This document shows positions 34,096-47,349 of a stretch of 64,000 nt of DNA, piece after piece. Each line of letters starts with the position of its first letter. Positions within the stretch are counted from its first letter, which is position 1. The stretch is from the NCBI GenBank assembly GCA_014905635.1, contig JABVCE010000015.1:62001-126000 (forward strand). The letters are read 5' to 3'. Both the position numbers and the translations under genes were made by a program. The notes under the pieces were generated by a model, which was not told the DNA's origin, searched no databases, and was given only the letters and a program-made list of their open reading frames with translations. The DNA comes from Scenedesmus sp. PABB004. Taxonomy: Eukaryota.

Positions 34096-37000
34096 TCACG
34101 CCGCGCCGGCGTCGCCTGCGCCGCGCGCGCCGGCGCCGCCTGGCGCGACGACGTACGCCCCGGGCGGCGCGCCGCCGCCGCCGCCGCCGCCGCCGCTGCT
34201 GCCCGCGGGCGCCGCGCGGCGCACGCGCCAGTCAATGTTGAGCGGCGCGCCGGCGTCGAGCGCCAGGCCGGTGATGCGCAGCGCCTCGGCGCTCGCGTCA
34301 TACACGGCCGTCGGCGGCGCGCCGCCGGCGGCGCCGCCATACACGGTGACGACTGCCTCGTCGGCGGGCGTCCCCGGGACGCCCAGGACGGTCACGCCCG
34401 CGAGCGTGAGCCGCCCCGCCAGGCCCGGCGCCGCCGCGGCGACCACGTTCTCCAGCGACCCGCTGCGCCCGCCCGGCGCGGCGGTCACCGCGTACCAGAC
34501 CTGCGGCGGGGTTTAGGGTTGAGGGGTTGATGCGGGTGCGCGTGAGCGCGCCGTGCGCTGTGTGCGCGCCTGTGTGCGCGAGAGGAGGAGGGCGCGGGAG
34601 CGGGGACGAGGGGGCCGCGCCGGCGCGGCGCTGCGCGGCGCGCGCGCGCGCCTGCAGGGTGTTGTCCGGCCCCGTCGCCGCGGTGTCGTTGTCGGCGTAC
34701 AGCAGCCCGCAGGCCACGAGCTTGCCGGCGCCGCGCGCGAGCACGTCGGAGCAGGGCGCGTCGAGCGCGTACGGCGGCAGCGGCCCCGGCGGCGCGACGC
34801 CCGCGCGCGGACCGCCCGCGGCGGCCTGCCGCCGCGTCGCGGGCGCGCGCGGGAGCGCGACGAGCAGCGTGACGGGCGCAAAGCGCACGTCGCGCGTCAC
34901 GGCCGCGCCCGCGCCCGCGGCCTGCCAGGGCACGATCGCGCCACCGCGGATGTGGACGGGGACGTCGCCGTAGGGCACGTCCAGCCGCACCCCGCGGCCC
35001 TGCTCGACAGTGAGACGCTTGAGGTCCCACGCCGAGTACCTGCCGGGGGTTCAGGGGCGGGGGGGCGGGAGGGTTCAGGAGTGCGGGACGGGAGGGCGGC
35101 GGCGCGGCGGGCGCACGCGGGAGCAGGCGCTGGCGGCTGATGGCCAGGGCCGCCCCCGGAGCGCGGCGCGGCTGCGGCCGGCCGCCCCGGGGCGCAGCGC
35201 GCAACGCCCCGCCGCGCGGCGCACCAGTTGCCGGCGGTGAAGTGGGGGTGGATGGTCGTGGTGTTGGGCGTGATCACGGGGCTCACCAGCACCGCCTCGC
35301 CGAGCATCCACTGCGACGTCGCGTTGCTGCGCGGCGGGGCGCGGCGGCGGCGGGGCGGCGGCGGCGTCGGGGCGCCGCGCTCGGCAGGTGGTGCCCGCCG
35401 CGCGCCAGCGGCTCGCCGGGCGCCGCCGGCGCGCAAAAGCAAAAAACAGCAGCGCGCGGACCCCCGCGCGCCGCGCGGCGCCGCACCGCGCGCGGACGTC
35501 ACTCGGGTCGGCAAACAGCAGCGGGCGCGCGAGCGTGCCGCCGACGGCGTGCGCGCGCGCGAGGGAGCCGTAGATGTAGGTCAGCAGGCTGTAGCGCAGC
35601 CCGTACGCCTTCTTGGCCGCCGCCGCGACGTCGGGCCACCTGCGCGCGGCGCGCGCGCGCGCGGGTGGGGCGGGGCGGTCGGCGGCGCGCCCGAGGGGGG
35701 GACGGCCCCGCGGCGCGCGGCCCCTGGCCGCCCCACCCCCTGGGGCCCCGCGCGCGCCGCCCGTCAAGCCCGTTTCAGGGTTGAGGGTTTAAGGGTTTTG
35801 GGGCGCCTGTAAAACCGCGCGCGCCTGTAAAACTCGTGTGGCCGGGAGTAGATGATCATGTGGTTGCGGCTGAAGGGGTAGAACGCGCCCACGCTCGCCC
35901 ACCTGCGCGGCGCGGGTTTCAGGCGGCCGCGCGGCGGGCAGGGTTTTGGCAGGGTTGGGGTTTTGCGGCGGGGCCGGCCGGCCGGCCGGGCGCAGGGTTT
36001 GGGGTCTCATCAACGGACGGGCGGGCTCAGGGGTTGAGGCGGCGTGCGTGGCGCCCGCGGCGTGCGGCGCTCGCGCCTGAGGCAGAGTTGGCGGAAGTCG
36101 GCGTCGCTGAGGCGCCTGTCCGCGGGGTCGGCGGTGTTGTCCTGGGTCATATCGATATAGCCGCAGATGTCAGACCCCGTCATGGCCATGCCCCACATGT
36201 TGCTGTTCAGGATGCCTGCGTCGGCACGCCGCCGCAGCGGGGTTTTGGGTGTGGGCGGGCGGGGTTGTTCAGGGTTCAGGGTTGGGGCGCAAGGCTCAGG
36301 GCGTGCGTGACCAGGAGGGGGGAGAGAGTGTGCATGTGCGCTGGTGGCGGGGGGAAGGAGGGGGGGGAGGCTGGGGCGGATGCATGCGGCTGCGGGGCAG
36401 GCTGCTCAATCGCCGGCAGCACAGCGCACCGGCGATGCTGTAATACAGGTTCTCCCAGTTGGCCGCGTTGTCGCCCGTCCTGCGCGCGTTTGTGGTGCGC
36501 GCGCGGCGGCGGCGGGGCGTGAGAGCACGGGCAGGCGGCGGCGGCGCGGGGCCGCCGGCGGCGCGGGGAGGCACGGCGCGGCGGCGCGGGCGCGGCGCGG
36601 CGGCGCGGCGCGCGCGCACCAGTGGCCGGCGAAGCGCCCGGCGCCGGGCGAGGTCGACCTGCGCGCCGCGGCGCGGCGGTCAGCAGCTGGCCGCGACCCG
36701 CGCGGCCTCACCCCCGCCCGCGGGGCTGCGCCGCGCAGCCTCAACGACCCCGCACGCGGCCCCTCCCCCAACCCTCCTCAACCCCGGGCCGCTCACCCCC
36801 CCCCCCCCCCAACACAAACACACACACGCACCGCGTGAGGATAAAGGGCCGGCGCCCCGGGTTGACCGCGAGCGCCGCGGCGTGGTGCCGCATTGCCATG
36901 GCCGTGCCGTACAGGTTGTGGGCGTCGTACTCGGTCGCGCCGTCGGCGTGGACTGCGTTGCGTGTTATGACGCGGTTTTGTCAGTTTGTTTGTTATCATG

Positions 37001-37626
37001 AGTTTTGTCAGTTCTGTTGCTCATTGCTCGAGCGCTCGCGGGATTGGAGTGTCGCCCAAGCTCTGGCGGCCGGCCGGCGGGCCGAGCCGAGCCCGCCCCC
37101 CCCCCCCCCCAGCGCGCGCAGCGGCCGGCCACTCACGTGCGGTGGGGTGCACGATGTTACGGCTGAGCACGTGCGTGCGGGCGAGGTTGTGGATCGCGTA
37201 CGGCGGCGTCGCGAGCGCGTTGGTCGCCGCCGCGGGCTCGCAGACCATCTGGCAGGTCGTGCGGTTCTTGACCAGCATGTTCCCTGCGGGGTTTAGCAGG
37301 CGAGCGCCGCCGGGGTTTGCGGGGCGTGCGGGGCTCGACAGGGTGAGCGTGTGCGCGTGTGGAGGGGGGGTCGGGCGGGGCTCGGGCACGGCGGGCGAGT
37401 CGCGCCCGGCCGCGCCCGCGCTCTGCTGTGCCCGCGCTCTGCTGCGCTTCCCCCGCGCGCTCCTGGCCCCCTGACTCCCTGGCCGCCTGAGCCCCGCCTA
37501 AACCCTGAGCCCCGCCCGAGCCCTCCCGGGCGCTCACGCGTGATGCCGTAGTCCTTGGGCGTGTCCAGGTTTAGCCAGTAGGTCGCGGTCTTGTTGGCGG
37601 GGTCGGGGCGACACCTCATGCCTGGC

Positions 37627-37698
<72 letters not shown>

Positions 37699-40600
37699 TG
37701 GGTGTGCGTGTGTGTGTGTTGTGAGGTGGGGGGCGGCGGCGGCCGCCGCCGTGTGGGCCCAAGGGCGGGTCTGGGGCCTGGCCGCGCGCATGCGGAGGCG
37801 GGGAGGGAGGGCTGCGGCGCGGCAAGGGTTCAGGGCTAGGCCTAAACCCTGCGCGGCGGGCCGCACCTGTGCAGAAGTTTGACGGCTCGTTCATGTCCAG
37901 CCACAGGCCGTCAAAGGGCACCTGCGCGTGGCGTTCCCACGTGGGGTTTAGCAGCAGTAGGCGCGGCCGCGGCATGTGACATGTGACACACAGTGCAGCG
38001 CCGGCAGCGGCAGGCGGCAGAGCGCGCGAGCGCGCGCGCGGCGCGACGCGGCAGGCAGGCAGGCAGGCAGCGTGGCGCGGCAAGCAGCGCGGCGCAGCAG
38101 GCAGGCAGCGCGGCGCGGCAGCGCGGCGCGCCTCTGCGTTGAACGTGGCGAGCTGGTCTGTGAGCCAGGCGGTGATGTTGGGGGCTGAGAGGTAGTCGGG
38201 GTACACGCTCGCACCTGGTGTTGTAAGGGAGGGGTTCAGGGAGGGTTTTAGGGGTTGAGAGAGGGGTTAAGAGGGCGCGGGGTCCAGCGGACGGCCACAC
38301 GGAGGGGCGGCGCGGCCGCGCGCGCGCGGCGGACAACGGTCAGGCGCGCGCACCTGGCCAGACCTGCGCGGCGCGGCGCAGCGGGCGGGCGCGGGCGGGG
38401 GTCGTGAGCGGGGGCGGCGTCGGCGCCGCGGCGGCGCGTCGGCCGCGCCGCCCCCCTGGCAAGGCCCCCCCCCCACACACACACACACACGCACCTGGCC
38501 CACGTACGGCGCGCCCGCGGCGTCGCGCAGCCACACGCCGGCCGCGCTGCCAGAGGTGTAGGCGCGATAACGGGCGTCCATCGAGACCGCGGGGTCCAGG
38601 ATGGGCACCCAGGACCGCCCCGCCGCGTGGAGGCGCGCCACGAGGGCCCGCATCTTGGCGATCGGGAAGCGGTCTGGGTTAGAAGGTGAGGAGGAGGGTT
38701 TAGGGTTTGAGGGGGGAGGGGAGGGTTTTGCGGGCGGGCGGGCGGGCGTGGGCGGTGAGGAGGGGAGGGGAAAGGGGGGGGGGGGGGGCGCGGCGGCGGC
38801 GGCGGCGGCGGCGGGCCAGGTGCAGCGCGGGGCCCCGTGGTGCACCGGGCGCTCACCCTCGTCAAAGGTCATGCTGCGGAAGCGGCTGGCCATGTACTCT
38901 GATGGGGGGGGGGGGGGTTCAGCGGACGAGGCCGTGATGTGGGCGTGGGCGTGGGCCTGGCGCGGCGCGCCGCGCCGGCGGGATGCCGCCGCAGCGCCAC
39001 CGCGGCTGCTGGCCCCGCAGGCCGCCCAGAGCCCCCCCCCCCCGGTGGTGAGCCCCGCCGGCGGCGCACCGATGTCCACCCAGAGGCTCTCCAGGGGCAG
39101 CCCGGCAGCGCTGTAGTTGGCGACCACCGCCTCCAGCACAGACACGTTCTGGTAGCCCCACCTGGCGCGCGGGGGGTTTCGTTTGGCGGGGTTTTGGTTG
39201 GCGTGGGTTTTTGGCGCGAGGTGGGGGTTTGGGGCGCGAGGTGGCGCGCGCAGCAGCGGGGCGCGGCGGCGGCGGCGCGGCAGCGCCTGCGCGCGCGCGC
39301 GCGCGGCTGCCCCCACGCCCCACCCAGCCCCCCCCCCCCCCCCCGGCGCTCACTTGGACTGGTGCAGCCCCAGCGCCCAGTACGGTGCCATCACGGGCCG
39401 CCCGATCACCTGCGCACGCGCATGCACGCGCGCACGCGCACGCGGCGGCGGCGGCGGCGCGTGAGCTGCGGCGGGGCCGCCGCGCCCCGAGGCGGCCCGC
39501 CGCCTCGCAGAGCCCCAGCCCCCCCCCCCCCCCCCCCCGCTCCGGCGGCCGCAGGGCCCCCACGGCGGCCGCACAAACAAGCCGCCCCCGCAAAGCCCGG
39601 CCCCGGCGGCCGCAAAACCCCGCCCCCGCAAAGCCCCGCCGCCGCGCCTCGTGGTACTGCCGAATGACCGCCTCTGGCGTGGGGCCCATGAAGAAGTACA
39701 GGTCCACCAGCCCGCCGATGACCCTGGCGGGGTTTAGGGAGGAGGGTTTAGGGGAAGGGTTTTAGGAGTCGGGGTTCAGTGCGCACGCGGCTGGCGGCGG
39801 CGCGCGAGGGCTGTTGGAGGCGCGCGGGGTGCGCGGGCTGTGTGCTCCCGACCCTCCCGACCCCTTGCAAGCCGCCGCCCGCCCGAGCCCTGAGCCCTGG
39901 GCCCCGCCGCCGCCGAGCGCGCCCGCTAAACCCCGGCTCACTTGTAGGTGACGCTGTCGGGGTTTAGGATGACGTCCATGCCGTTGCTGTTGAGGAAGAA
40001 CACGCCGTGGCTCGACCCGTCTGGGCACGGGGTTTAGGGGTGAGTGTGTGGTGGTGTGTGTGTGTGTGTGTGGGTGGTGTGGGTGTTGGTGGGTGTGTGT
40101 GGTGGTGGTGGTGGTGGTGGTGGTGGTGGGGGGGGGGGGGGGTGAGCGGGCGGGCGCGGTGACACGCGGAGCGGACCGCCGGCCACCCACACCCGGCCCC
40201 GCTGACGCCCCGGCAAGCGTCGGGCCCTCCAGCCCCCCTCCGACCCGCCCCGGGCCCCCCAAGCTCATCCACCAATGACCCCCCCCCCTGCCCCAGCCCC
40301 CCCCCCCTTGGTCCCCCGCGTCTGCCTGGCTCACCCCTGTTGACCTGCAGCAGGAAGGGGTGGCTGCCGTAGAGGTTGAAGTCGGTGTATGCCGACGCAA
40401 TGTCGCGGTTCCACAGCGTCACCACCTGGCGGCAGGGTCGTAGGGTTTAGGGTTTAGGGGTTTGAGTACCAGGGGGCGGGAGGGGTTAGAGAATGGGCAG
40501 TCAGGGTTTTAGGCATGCGTTGCGACCGGGGCCGTTCGGGGCCACGGGCGGCTGGCCGCGCGCGGCGGCGGCGCCCGGGCGGTGCATGGCTGCCGCCGCC

Positions 40601-42594
40601 GCCGGCGCGCGCGACCCGGCCCCGCGTGCGGGCGCAGCAGCAGCCAACCCCGCGCCGCGCCGCGCGCCGCGCCGCACCTTGCCGTCGCGCGGGAGCAGCA
40701 GCCCGGTGGTGAGCGTGGTCTCGCCGAGGCCGTAGAGGTGGGCGGAGCGCGGCACGCGCGTGGTGAGCTCGATGTACTGCCCCTTGAACAGGAAGCTGGG
40801 GGTTTAGGGGGGGGGTGGGCAGTGAGGGGCAGTGAGGTGAGTGAGAGGCAGTGAGGTGAGTGAGAGGCAGTGAGGTGAGTGGGGCAGTGGGGCAGTGAGG
40901 TGAGTGAGGTGAGGCAGTGAGTGTGGGTGAGGCAGTGAGGTGAGTGGGGCAGTGAGGTGAGGCAGTGAGTGTGGGTGAGGCAGTGAGTGTGGGTGAGTGA
41001 GTGGGGCAGTGAGGTGAGTGGGGCAGTGAGGTGAGTGAGTGGGTGGGAGGCCACCAGACGCAGGGGCCTGGATGTGCGCCGGGGAGCGCACAGCGGGCGG
41101 CGTGCCGTCGCGGCGGCGCCCCGGCGGCCCTCCCCATCAGCGGCCCGCTCACGCGCGCGCGCCGCCCCCTAATCCCTGCCCCGCGCGCGGCCCCGCGCGC
41201 ACGTGAAGCCGCGCGTGTCAAAGACCGGCTCGAGCGTCGCCTTGCGCGCGACGGTGAGCGCAAAGGGCCGCCCCGGGCGCCCGCCGGGCTGCAGCACGGT
41301 GTACAGCAGCTCCTCGCGGCCCAGCCCCGGCGACGCCCCCGGCCTGGGGTGGGTTTGGGGCGGCACAGCGGCGGGCAGGGGGGTTGAGGCGCGCGGGCGC
41401 GGCGGGGTTGGACGCGCGAGGGAGAGCGCGGCCGCCCCAGGCACACCGGGCGCGGCCCCGCCGCCAGAACCGCCGCCGCCGCCCCCCCCCCCCCCCGCCC
41501 GCCCAAACCCCGCCTGGGTTCTAACCCCGGCGCACCGCGGGACGATGCTCTCGGGCACCTCCCAGCGCCGCTCGCCCCGCGGCGCGATCTTCACGTGCAG
41601 CCGCGCCGCCGTTTCGGGCGTGATGGTCACGTCCAGGTCCTTGAAGCTGGCTCCGAGCTCGGGCAGCCGCTCCGGCGCGGTCAGCGCGAGAGAGAGCCGG
41701 GTGGCCAGGCCGGCGGGCGCCGCGGGCGCGTCGGGGTGCGCGGGCGGTGCCGTCGCGCCTGGTCGCAAGCGGCGGCGCGCGGGGGCGGCGTGGGGCGGCG
41801 CCGGGGCTGCGCCGCGCCGGGCCCGGCCGCTGCTGCGCGCGCGGGCACGCACGCGCGCGCACACCGTCCACGGCGCCGGCGTCGGGGCTGCTCGCGCCGC
41901 CGACGCTGCCCGCCACGGCGCGCGTCGCGTTGGCCGCGGCGGCCGGCGGTGCCGCCGGCGCGCTCGCGTTGACGGGCGCGGCGCCCGCGGCCGGCAGGGC
42001 CGGCGCGGCGCCGCCGCTCGCGTTGCCGGCTGGTGCCGACGGCAGCGCCGCCGCCGGGACCTCTGGCAGTGCCGGCGCGGGGCCGGCAATGCTGTACATG
42101 TCCCATGTGCCGGACGGGCCGGCCGGCTCCGCCGCGACCGCCGTCGTGGGGATGAGCGGCGCGGCCGTCGCGTCGGCGGGCTTGGCCGGCGCCGCCGCCG
42201 CGGGCTGGCTGCTGCTGCCGGCCGCCGGCGCGCCGCTGCCGGGCGCCGCCGGCTGGGACGCAGGCGGTGTCACCGCGGCGGCCTTGGCGCCGGACGGCTC
42301 GGGCGACGCTGCGGGCGGGCCGGCGGGCGGCGGCGCGTGCGTACCGCCGCTGCGCGCAGCGGTTGCGCGGCGCGGCGCGGCGCGCGTGCGCCGGCGGGCG
42401 CTGCCCAGGCTGAGCGGCACGCGGGCACAGTCTTTTGAACTTTGCGGCCGGCGCTGGGGCCGGCGCCGCTGCGCTGACGCCGCGGCGGCGCTGCGAGCGC
42501 GCGCGCCATCCTCCGCACCCTGCTGCTGCGCCCGCGCGCCGCCAGCGAGCAGCGCCAGCGCGACCAGCAGTGCAAAAGATCGCCGAAGCATCAT
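34096..42594 (-). CDS. Secreted glycoside hydrolase family 31 alpha-glucosidase (~20 exons)
   Basis: Signal peptide MMLRRSFALLVALALLAGGARA. Exons RLHVKI..RRWEVP, LYGLGET, TLWNRD..NLYGSHPF, GGLVDLYFFMGPTP, PYWALGLHQ, WVPILDP, FDGLWLDMNEPSNF (nucleophile), HW-TGDN (acid/base), GSDICG, GAFYPFSRNH, QWMLGEAVLVSPV, VPVHIRGG. Confidence 0.95.
37629..37693. repeat. (GT)n intronic microsatellite
   Basis: Pure GT run in a GH31 intron. Confidence 0.95.
40818..41042. repeat. Intronic minisatellite of GGCAGTGAGGTGAGT-type units
   Basis: Repeated GGCAGTGAG/GTGAG modules. Confidence 0.9.
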
Positions 42595-43345
42595 CACGTC
42601 GGGCTCGTGGGCCGCGGCAGCGCCCCTGCGCGCCGAAGGGAGCTGCGGGCGCGGGCCCAGGGCTGGCGTCGCGTGCGCGGCGCGGGGGCGCCCGAGGGTG
42701 CTCGTTGAGGTCTGACGTGAGCCTGGCAGTGCGCGCGGCGCGGCGTCGCGGCAGCTGCGCGCGGCGTTTGGGTGCGCAAGAGCAACCGCCGCTCGGCGCG
42801 CCAGATTACCTGATATCGTTTTCGGCTATCGGTCAGCCGGGTCCCGCACGACCGCGAACTTCCAGCTGGCGTGGATGCCGTGGCCTGCTCGCGTTGCCTG
42901 CTCACTCGTTTCGACGCGAGCCGCCGGGACCGGCCGACCGCCCCGCCTTCTGCGCGCAGCAGGGCTGACATAATCTTTGACGACGCCGAGATCCAGCGCA
43001 TCCGGTGCCGACGTGCACGCTGCTAGTGGAGCACGGCGCCTGGGAGTGAGGTGGCAGCGCCCTCGCGCGCCGCCAGCGGTCTGCCGGCGGTCACTCACCC
43101 GCTACCCCCTTGGCCACCCACCCCCCGCCCGCCCTCCCCCAAGTCCACGCACAAAAAATGCACACGCGGCGGGCATCGCTGCCCGGCGCAAACACGGCGG
43201 CGGCGTTGGTTTGTACACGGCGCGCGCGCACGCGACTGCCCGGCCGACTGCCTGATGGTGATACAACAACTGCCGCTGCCGCCCAGCGAGCGGCCGGCCG
43301 CTCTGGAGCGCGGCGGCGCGGCGGCGGGGGCCGCCGCCGCGGCGC

Positions 43346-44859
43346 CTAGCGCACGCGCGCGAGCAGGCCGGCGAGGCCGCGCAGCGCGCGCGCGAGCGCG
43401 CACGCCGCCGCCGTCGCCGCGCGGGCGCCCGCGCCGCTGAGCAGCCGCACGCTGCCCTTGACGGCGCCAACGTAGCCGGTGCAGAAGCCTGCAGAGGGCG
43501 GCGGCGGCGCCCGGCGGCGCCCGGCGCGTCAGCACGCGCGCGTGGCGGCGCCGGCGGGCGCGCTTCTCGCGCGCGCCGCCGCCGCGCTCCCGTCCGCCGC
43601 CCCTCCCGCCGCCCCGCCCGCCGCACCGTACGCGGCGCCGCCGAGGAGGCCGAGTATGGAGGTGTAGACCAGCTCGCTGAGCATGCCCACAAACAGCGCG
43701 CCGACGGCCTGGCACCAGATGAGCTCAGCGTAGGGCGAACCCAGGAAGCTGCGCGCGGCGGGGTGCAGCGGCGCGGCGCGGCGCGGGCGTTGATGTGGTG
43801 TGCACACAGCGCGGCGCCGCGGGGCGGCGACGGCGCGGGGGTGGGGTGCGGGGAGCGCCGGCGCGGCGCACGCGCGGCGCGGCGCACTCGCGGCGCGGAG
43901 GCGCGGGGCCCCCCCTCCCCTCTCCCCTGCCCCTGCCCCCGCGACTGCTGCTGCCCCCGCGCTGCCCGCGCTGTCTCGCAGGAGGGGCGCGCGCGCCTGC
44001 TGGTGTAGGCGAGCATGGTGTGCAGCAGCGAGGCCTGCTCCTCGATCAGCGCGCGGCCGAGCGAGAGGCCCGCGCTGAAGCCGGCGAGGCCGAGCCGCGC
44101 CGCGCCCGCCGCGCCCGCGGCCATGACGTAGGCGCGCCACAGGCGCGCCGCCAGCCTCGGCCACGCGCCGACGCGCGCCGCGTCGGAGAGCGCGCCGCCG
44201 GCGGCGTCCAGCAGGGCCCGCGCCGCGGGGCCCGCGCCGCGCCGCCGCGCCAGGGCGCCCGCCGCGGGCAGGCGGTAGGGCGTCTGCGCGGGGGAGCGCG
44301 CGGGGCGGGCGGGGCGTGGGCGCCGCGGGGGAGCGCGCGGGGTGGGGCGTGGGCGCCGCGCGCGCCGCCGGCGGCGCGGAGAGCAGCGCCGCTGCTCCGC
44401 CGCTCCCGGCCCCGCCGCGCACCTTGCACAGCTCGCAGACGTGCGCGCGGCGGCCCTGGCCCTGGGAGCGCTGCGTGCGCTGCCAGTCCGCGAGGCAGCG
44501 CCGGTGAATCCACTTCAGGGAGCCGGCGCAGGCACACGGGCTGAGCAGCTCCCCGCCGCCGCCGCCGCGGGCTCCCGGCTCCGCCTCGCCCCAGCACAGG
44601 CGGCAGGTGCGCTCATCTGGCGCCTCTGGCCGCACAAAGCCGCCCCGCTGGCCCTCCTCGGCGCCCAGCTTGGGCGCCGCCGGCGGGCGCGCCAGCCGGG
44701 GCATCCCCTCCCTCAGCCCGAGCGCTGTGCACGCATGGCGGAGGGACAGAGGGCCGTGTCGGCCGCGCGTGGGAGTGGCGGCGCGGCCGGCGCGGCGCCG
44801 CACGAGCGCCGGGCGCGGAGCCGCGGCGCCCGGGCCCCGGGCTTTGGCGGCGCCGCCAT
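43346..44859 (-). CDS. RING-CH (RINGv/MARCH-type) E3 ubiquitin ligase with C-terminal hydrophobic segments
   Basis: C4HC3 pattern CRLCW..LLSPCACAGSLKWIHRRCLADWQ..CELCK, then hydrophobic exons (WCQAVGALFVGMLSELVYTSILGLLGG; GFCTGYVGAV). TAG at 43346-43348. Confidence 0.88.
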
Positions 44860-45587
44860 AGCGGCGCTCGACCTGGACGGGCCCAGCGCCGTGCCTGCCA
44901 CTCTTGCTCCGGAGGCCGCCGGCCGGCCGCCGCGCTGCCGCCGAGCGCTGAGCCGCGCGCTGGCGGCGGCGCTGGCAGCAGCAGATGGCCGCGGCGGCAG
45001 CAGGCGACAGGCCACGCTCGCAATCGCGCGCCCGGCACGCCTGTGAAATGTGTGCCTCATCTACAACTTCCCCGGCCACTCGCGGCGCTGTGAGGTGCTC
45101 GTGGCGCGCGCGCCCCGCCGCGGGCCTCTCCAGCTCGGCACCCGGGGTCTTCCCCGCGCGCGCAGGCCGCACGCCCCGCCCCAAGCGCCCGCCCGGTGCG
45201 CTCCCCTGGCCAGAGCCTTGCACACGCGCACATCACAACGCACACCAGCAAGCAGACCACGCAGCAGCACAATCGACGACCGCGCCCGACCCGAGCCCAG
45301 CGCGCAAAGGAGCCCGCGAGCGTCGCGCACCGCCCGCGAGTTGGGAACGCGCTTGGCTTGCTGTTGCACCGACCCACGGGACGACCCAGGTGAGCCCGCT
45401 GCGCGTGCCGGCCAGCACATCCCGCGGCCCCGCCCGCCGCGCCCGGCCGGGGAGCGACCGGCGCCGGCCTCTCGCCCACGACCTGACCTCGCCGCTCTCA
45501 TGCGATCTCGTGCGCCCCGCGCCCGCAGGCGCTGCTGCGCCGCCGCCACGGGCCGGCCAGCGTGACCTGCAGCGGCAGCGGCCCCAC

Positions 45588-46763
45588 ATGAAGCCGCGGA
45601 TCCTGGGCGCCGTGCTGGCGCTGCTGCTGCTCAGCAGCGCCGGAGTCGTGGCCGCCGCGCGGTGAGCGGGGCGCGGCCGCGCGGGCGGCGGCAGCTGCGC
45701 CGCGGGCGGCAGCAGCCAGCACGCGCGCCGGCCGCCGGCCGCCGACGCCGTCCCGCCCCGCGCGCAGGCCGGCGCCTCGCCCGCCCGCGGAGCTGAGCAA
45801 CTCTTTCATCATCACCTCGTTCCAGGTGCGCCCACGCGGCCCCTCTCTCGGCCTCGGCGGCACACCACGGCCAGCCTGGACGGCATGGGCATGGGCAGGC
45901 GCAGCGCGGCGGCCGCCTCACGCCGCGCCCGCGCGGCCCGCGCAGGACCTCGAGCCGCAGCCCATCGGGGGGCGCAGCCAGACGCCGTGCGCGTACGCGG
46001 TGTCGCGCGCGCGCGCGATCGGGGGCAAGCACTTTTCGATCGTCGCGACCGCCTATTGGCGCGGCGGCGCGGGCGGCGTCGCCGGCTATGCGTACAAGGA
46101 CACCTCCGACTCCTACCCCAACGGCCACGTCTTCCTGGACGCCGACGCGGCGACGATCGCGCGCTGGAAGCGCGGCCTCCAGGCGCGCGGCGCGCGGCGC
46201 TGCGGCGCGGCCCCGGGCGTGACCACGGGCGGGGGCTGGCACGCGCGCGCCCGCGCCTGAGCGCCCCCGCCGCCGCCGCCGCCGCCGCGCCGCCGCGCAG
46301 GCGTGCTTCCGCGCCGCCGTGTCGTCGGGGTTTAGCGGCGTGCAGATCCTGAACCACATCGACGACGCCGAGGGCGTGACGTGGCGCAACCTCGTTGACT
46401 TTGACCCGCTGGCGCGCTACGGCGGCGTGACGTATGAGGACGTGGTCGTGCGCCCCGCCGCCGACGCGCTGCGCACCGTCACGCGGCCGTCGACCAAGGT
46501 GGGTGTGCGTCTGTGTGCGGGGTGCGGGGCGCGGGCGGCAGGGGAGGACTTGGGAGGCACGCGGCGGCGTGGAGCGGGGTGGCATCCATCCTTCGCCCAC
46601 CACGCCACACGCCACAAATGCAAAACCCTAAACCCCGCCGCGCCACGACGCATGCCGCTCAGGTGTGGTTCATGGTCGCCGGCGAGATGGGGCGCAGCCT
46701 CTTCAGGCACCCCGGCGCCTACATCACCCTGCTGACCAAGTACAGGTGCGTGGGTGGGTGGGC

Positions 46764-46823
<60 letters not shown>

Positions 46824-47296
46824 AGCTCAGGGCGCGCTGAGGGCGCGCTGCGTTCCGCGCGGCCGCCCCCTGCTGAGCCACCCCCCCCCCCACACACACA
46901 CGCCCGCGCCCGCCCACCCGCAGGGGCGCGCTCGCGCGCGGCAAGGTCGGCGCCAACGTGAAGGTCGGGCTCGCGCTGCACTGGAACAAGGTGACCGCCG
47001 CCTGCGCGCGCCCGCGCCGCGCCCGCGCCGCACGCCTCTGCCCTCCCCAGTCAGTGCGTGACCAACAAGCCCCTCTCCCTCTCCCACCCACCCACCCACA
47101 CACACACACTCCCCAAACAAAACGCCCTTGATACGTCCACGCAGGTGTGCGGCAACTGCTTCCCCATGCCCTTCACCCGCACCGCGCAGCAGTACAACGC
47201 GTCGTACGCCCCGGTGCGCCCCCACCCCCCGCCCCGCCCCGCCCCCTGCCGCCCGCGGCGCCGCGGCCTCTCCCCCGCGCCCGCCCGGCGCTGCCC

Positions 47297-47349
<53 letters not shown>

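Noticed and set aside
40430..40470. TTTAGGG repeats as a telomere or chromosome-fusion site
   Set aside because: Only 2-3 degenerate units, located inside introns of an intact gene.
40818..41042. CRISPR-like array
   Set aside because: No unique spacers, eukaryotic intron, no cas genes.
42780..43040. Lower-GC patch upstream of GH31 that might be a small exon, uORF or ncRNA
   Set aside because: No consistent start/stop or RNA-family motif found; probably 5' leader or promoter.
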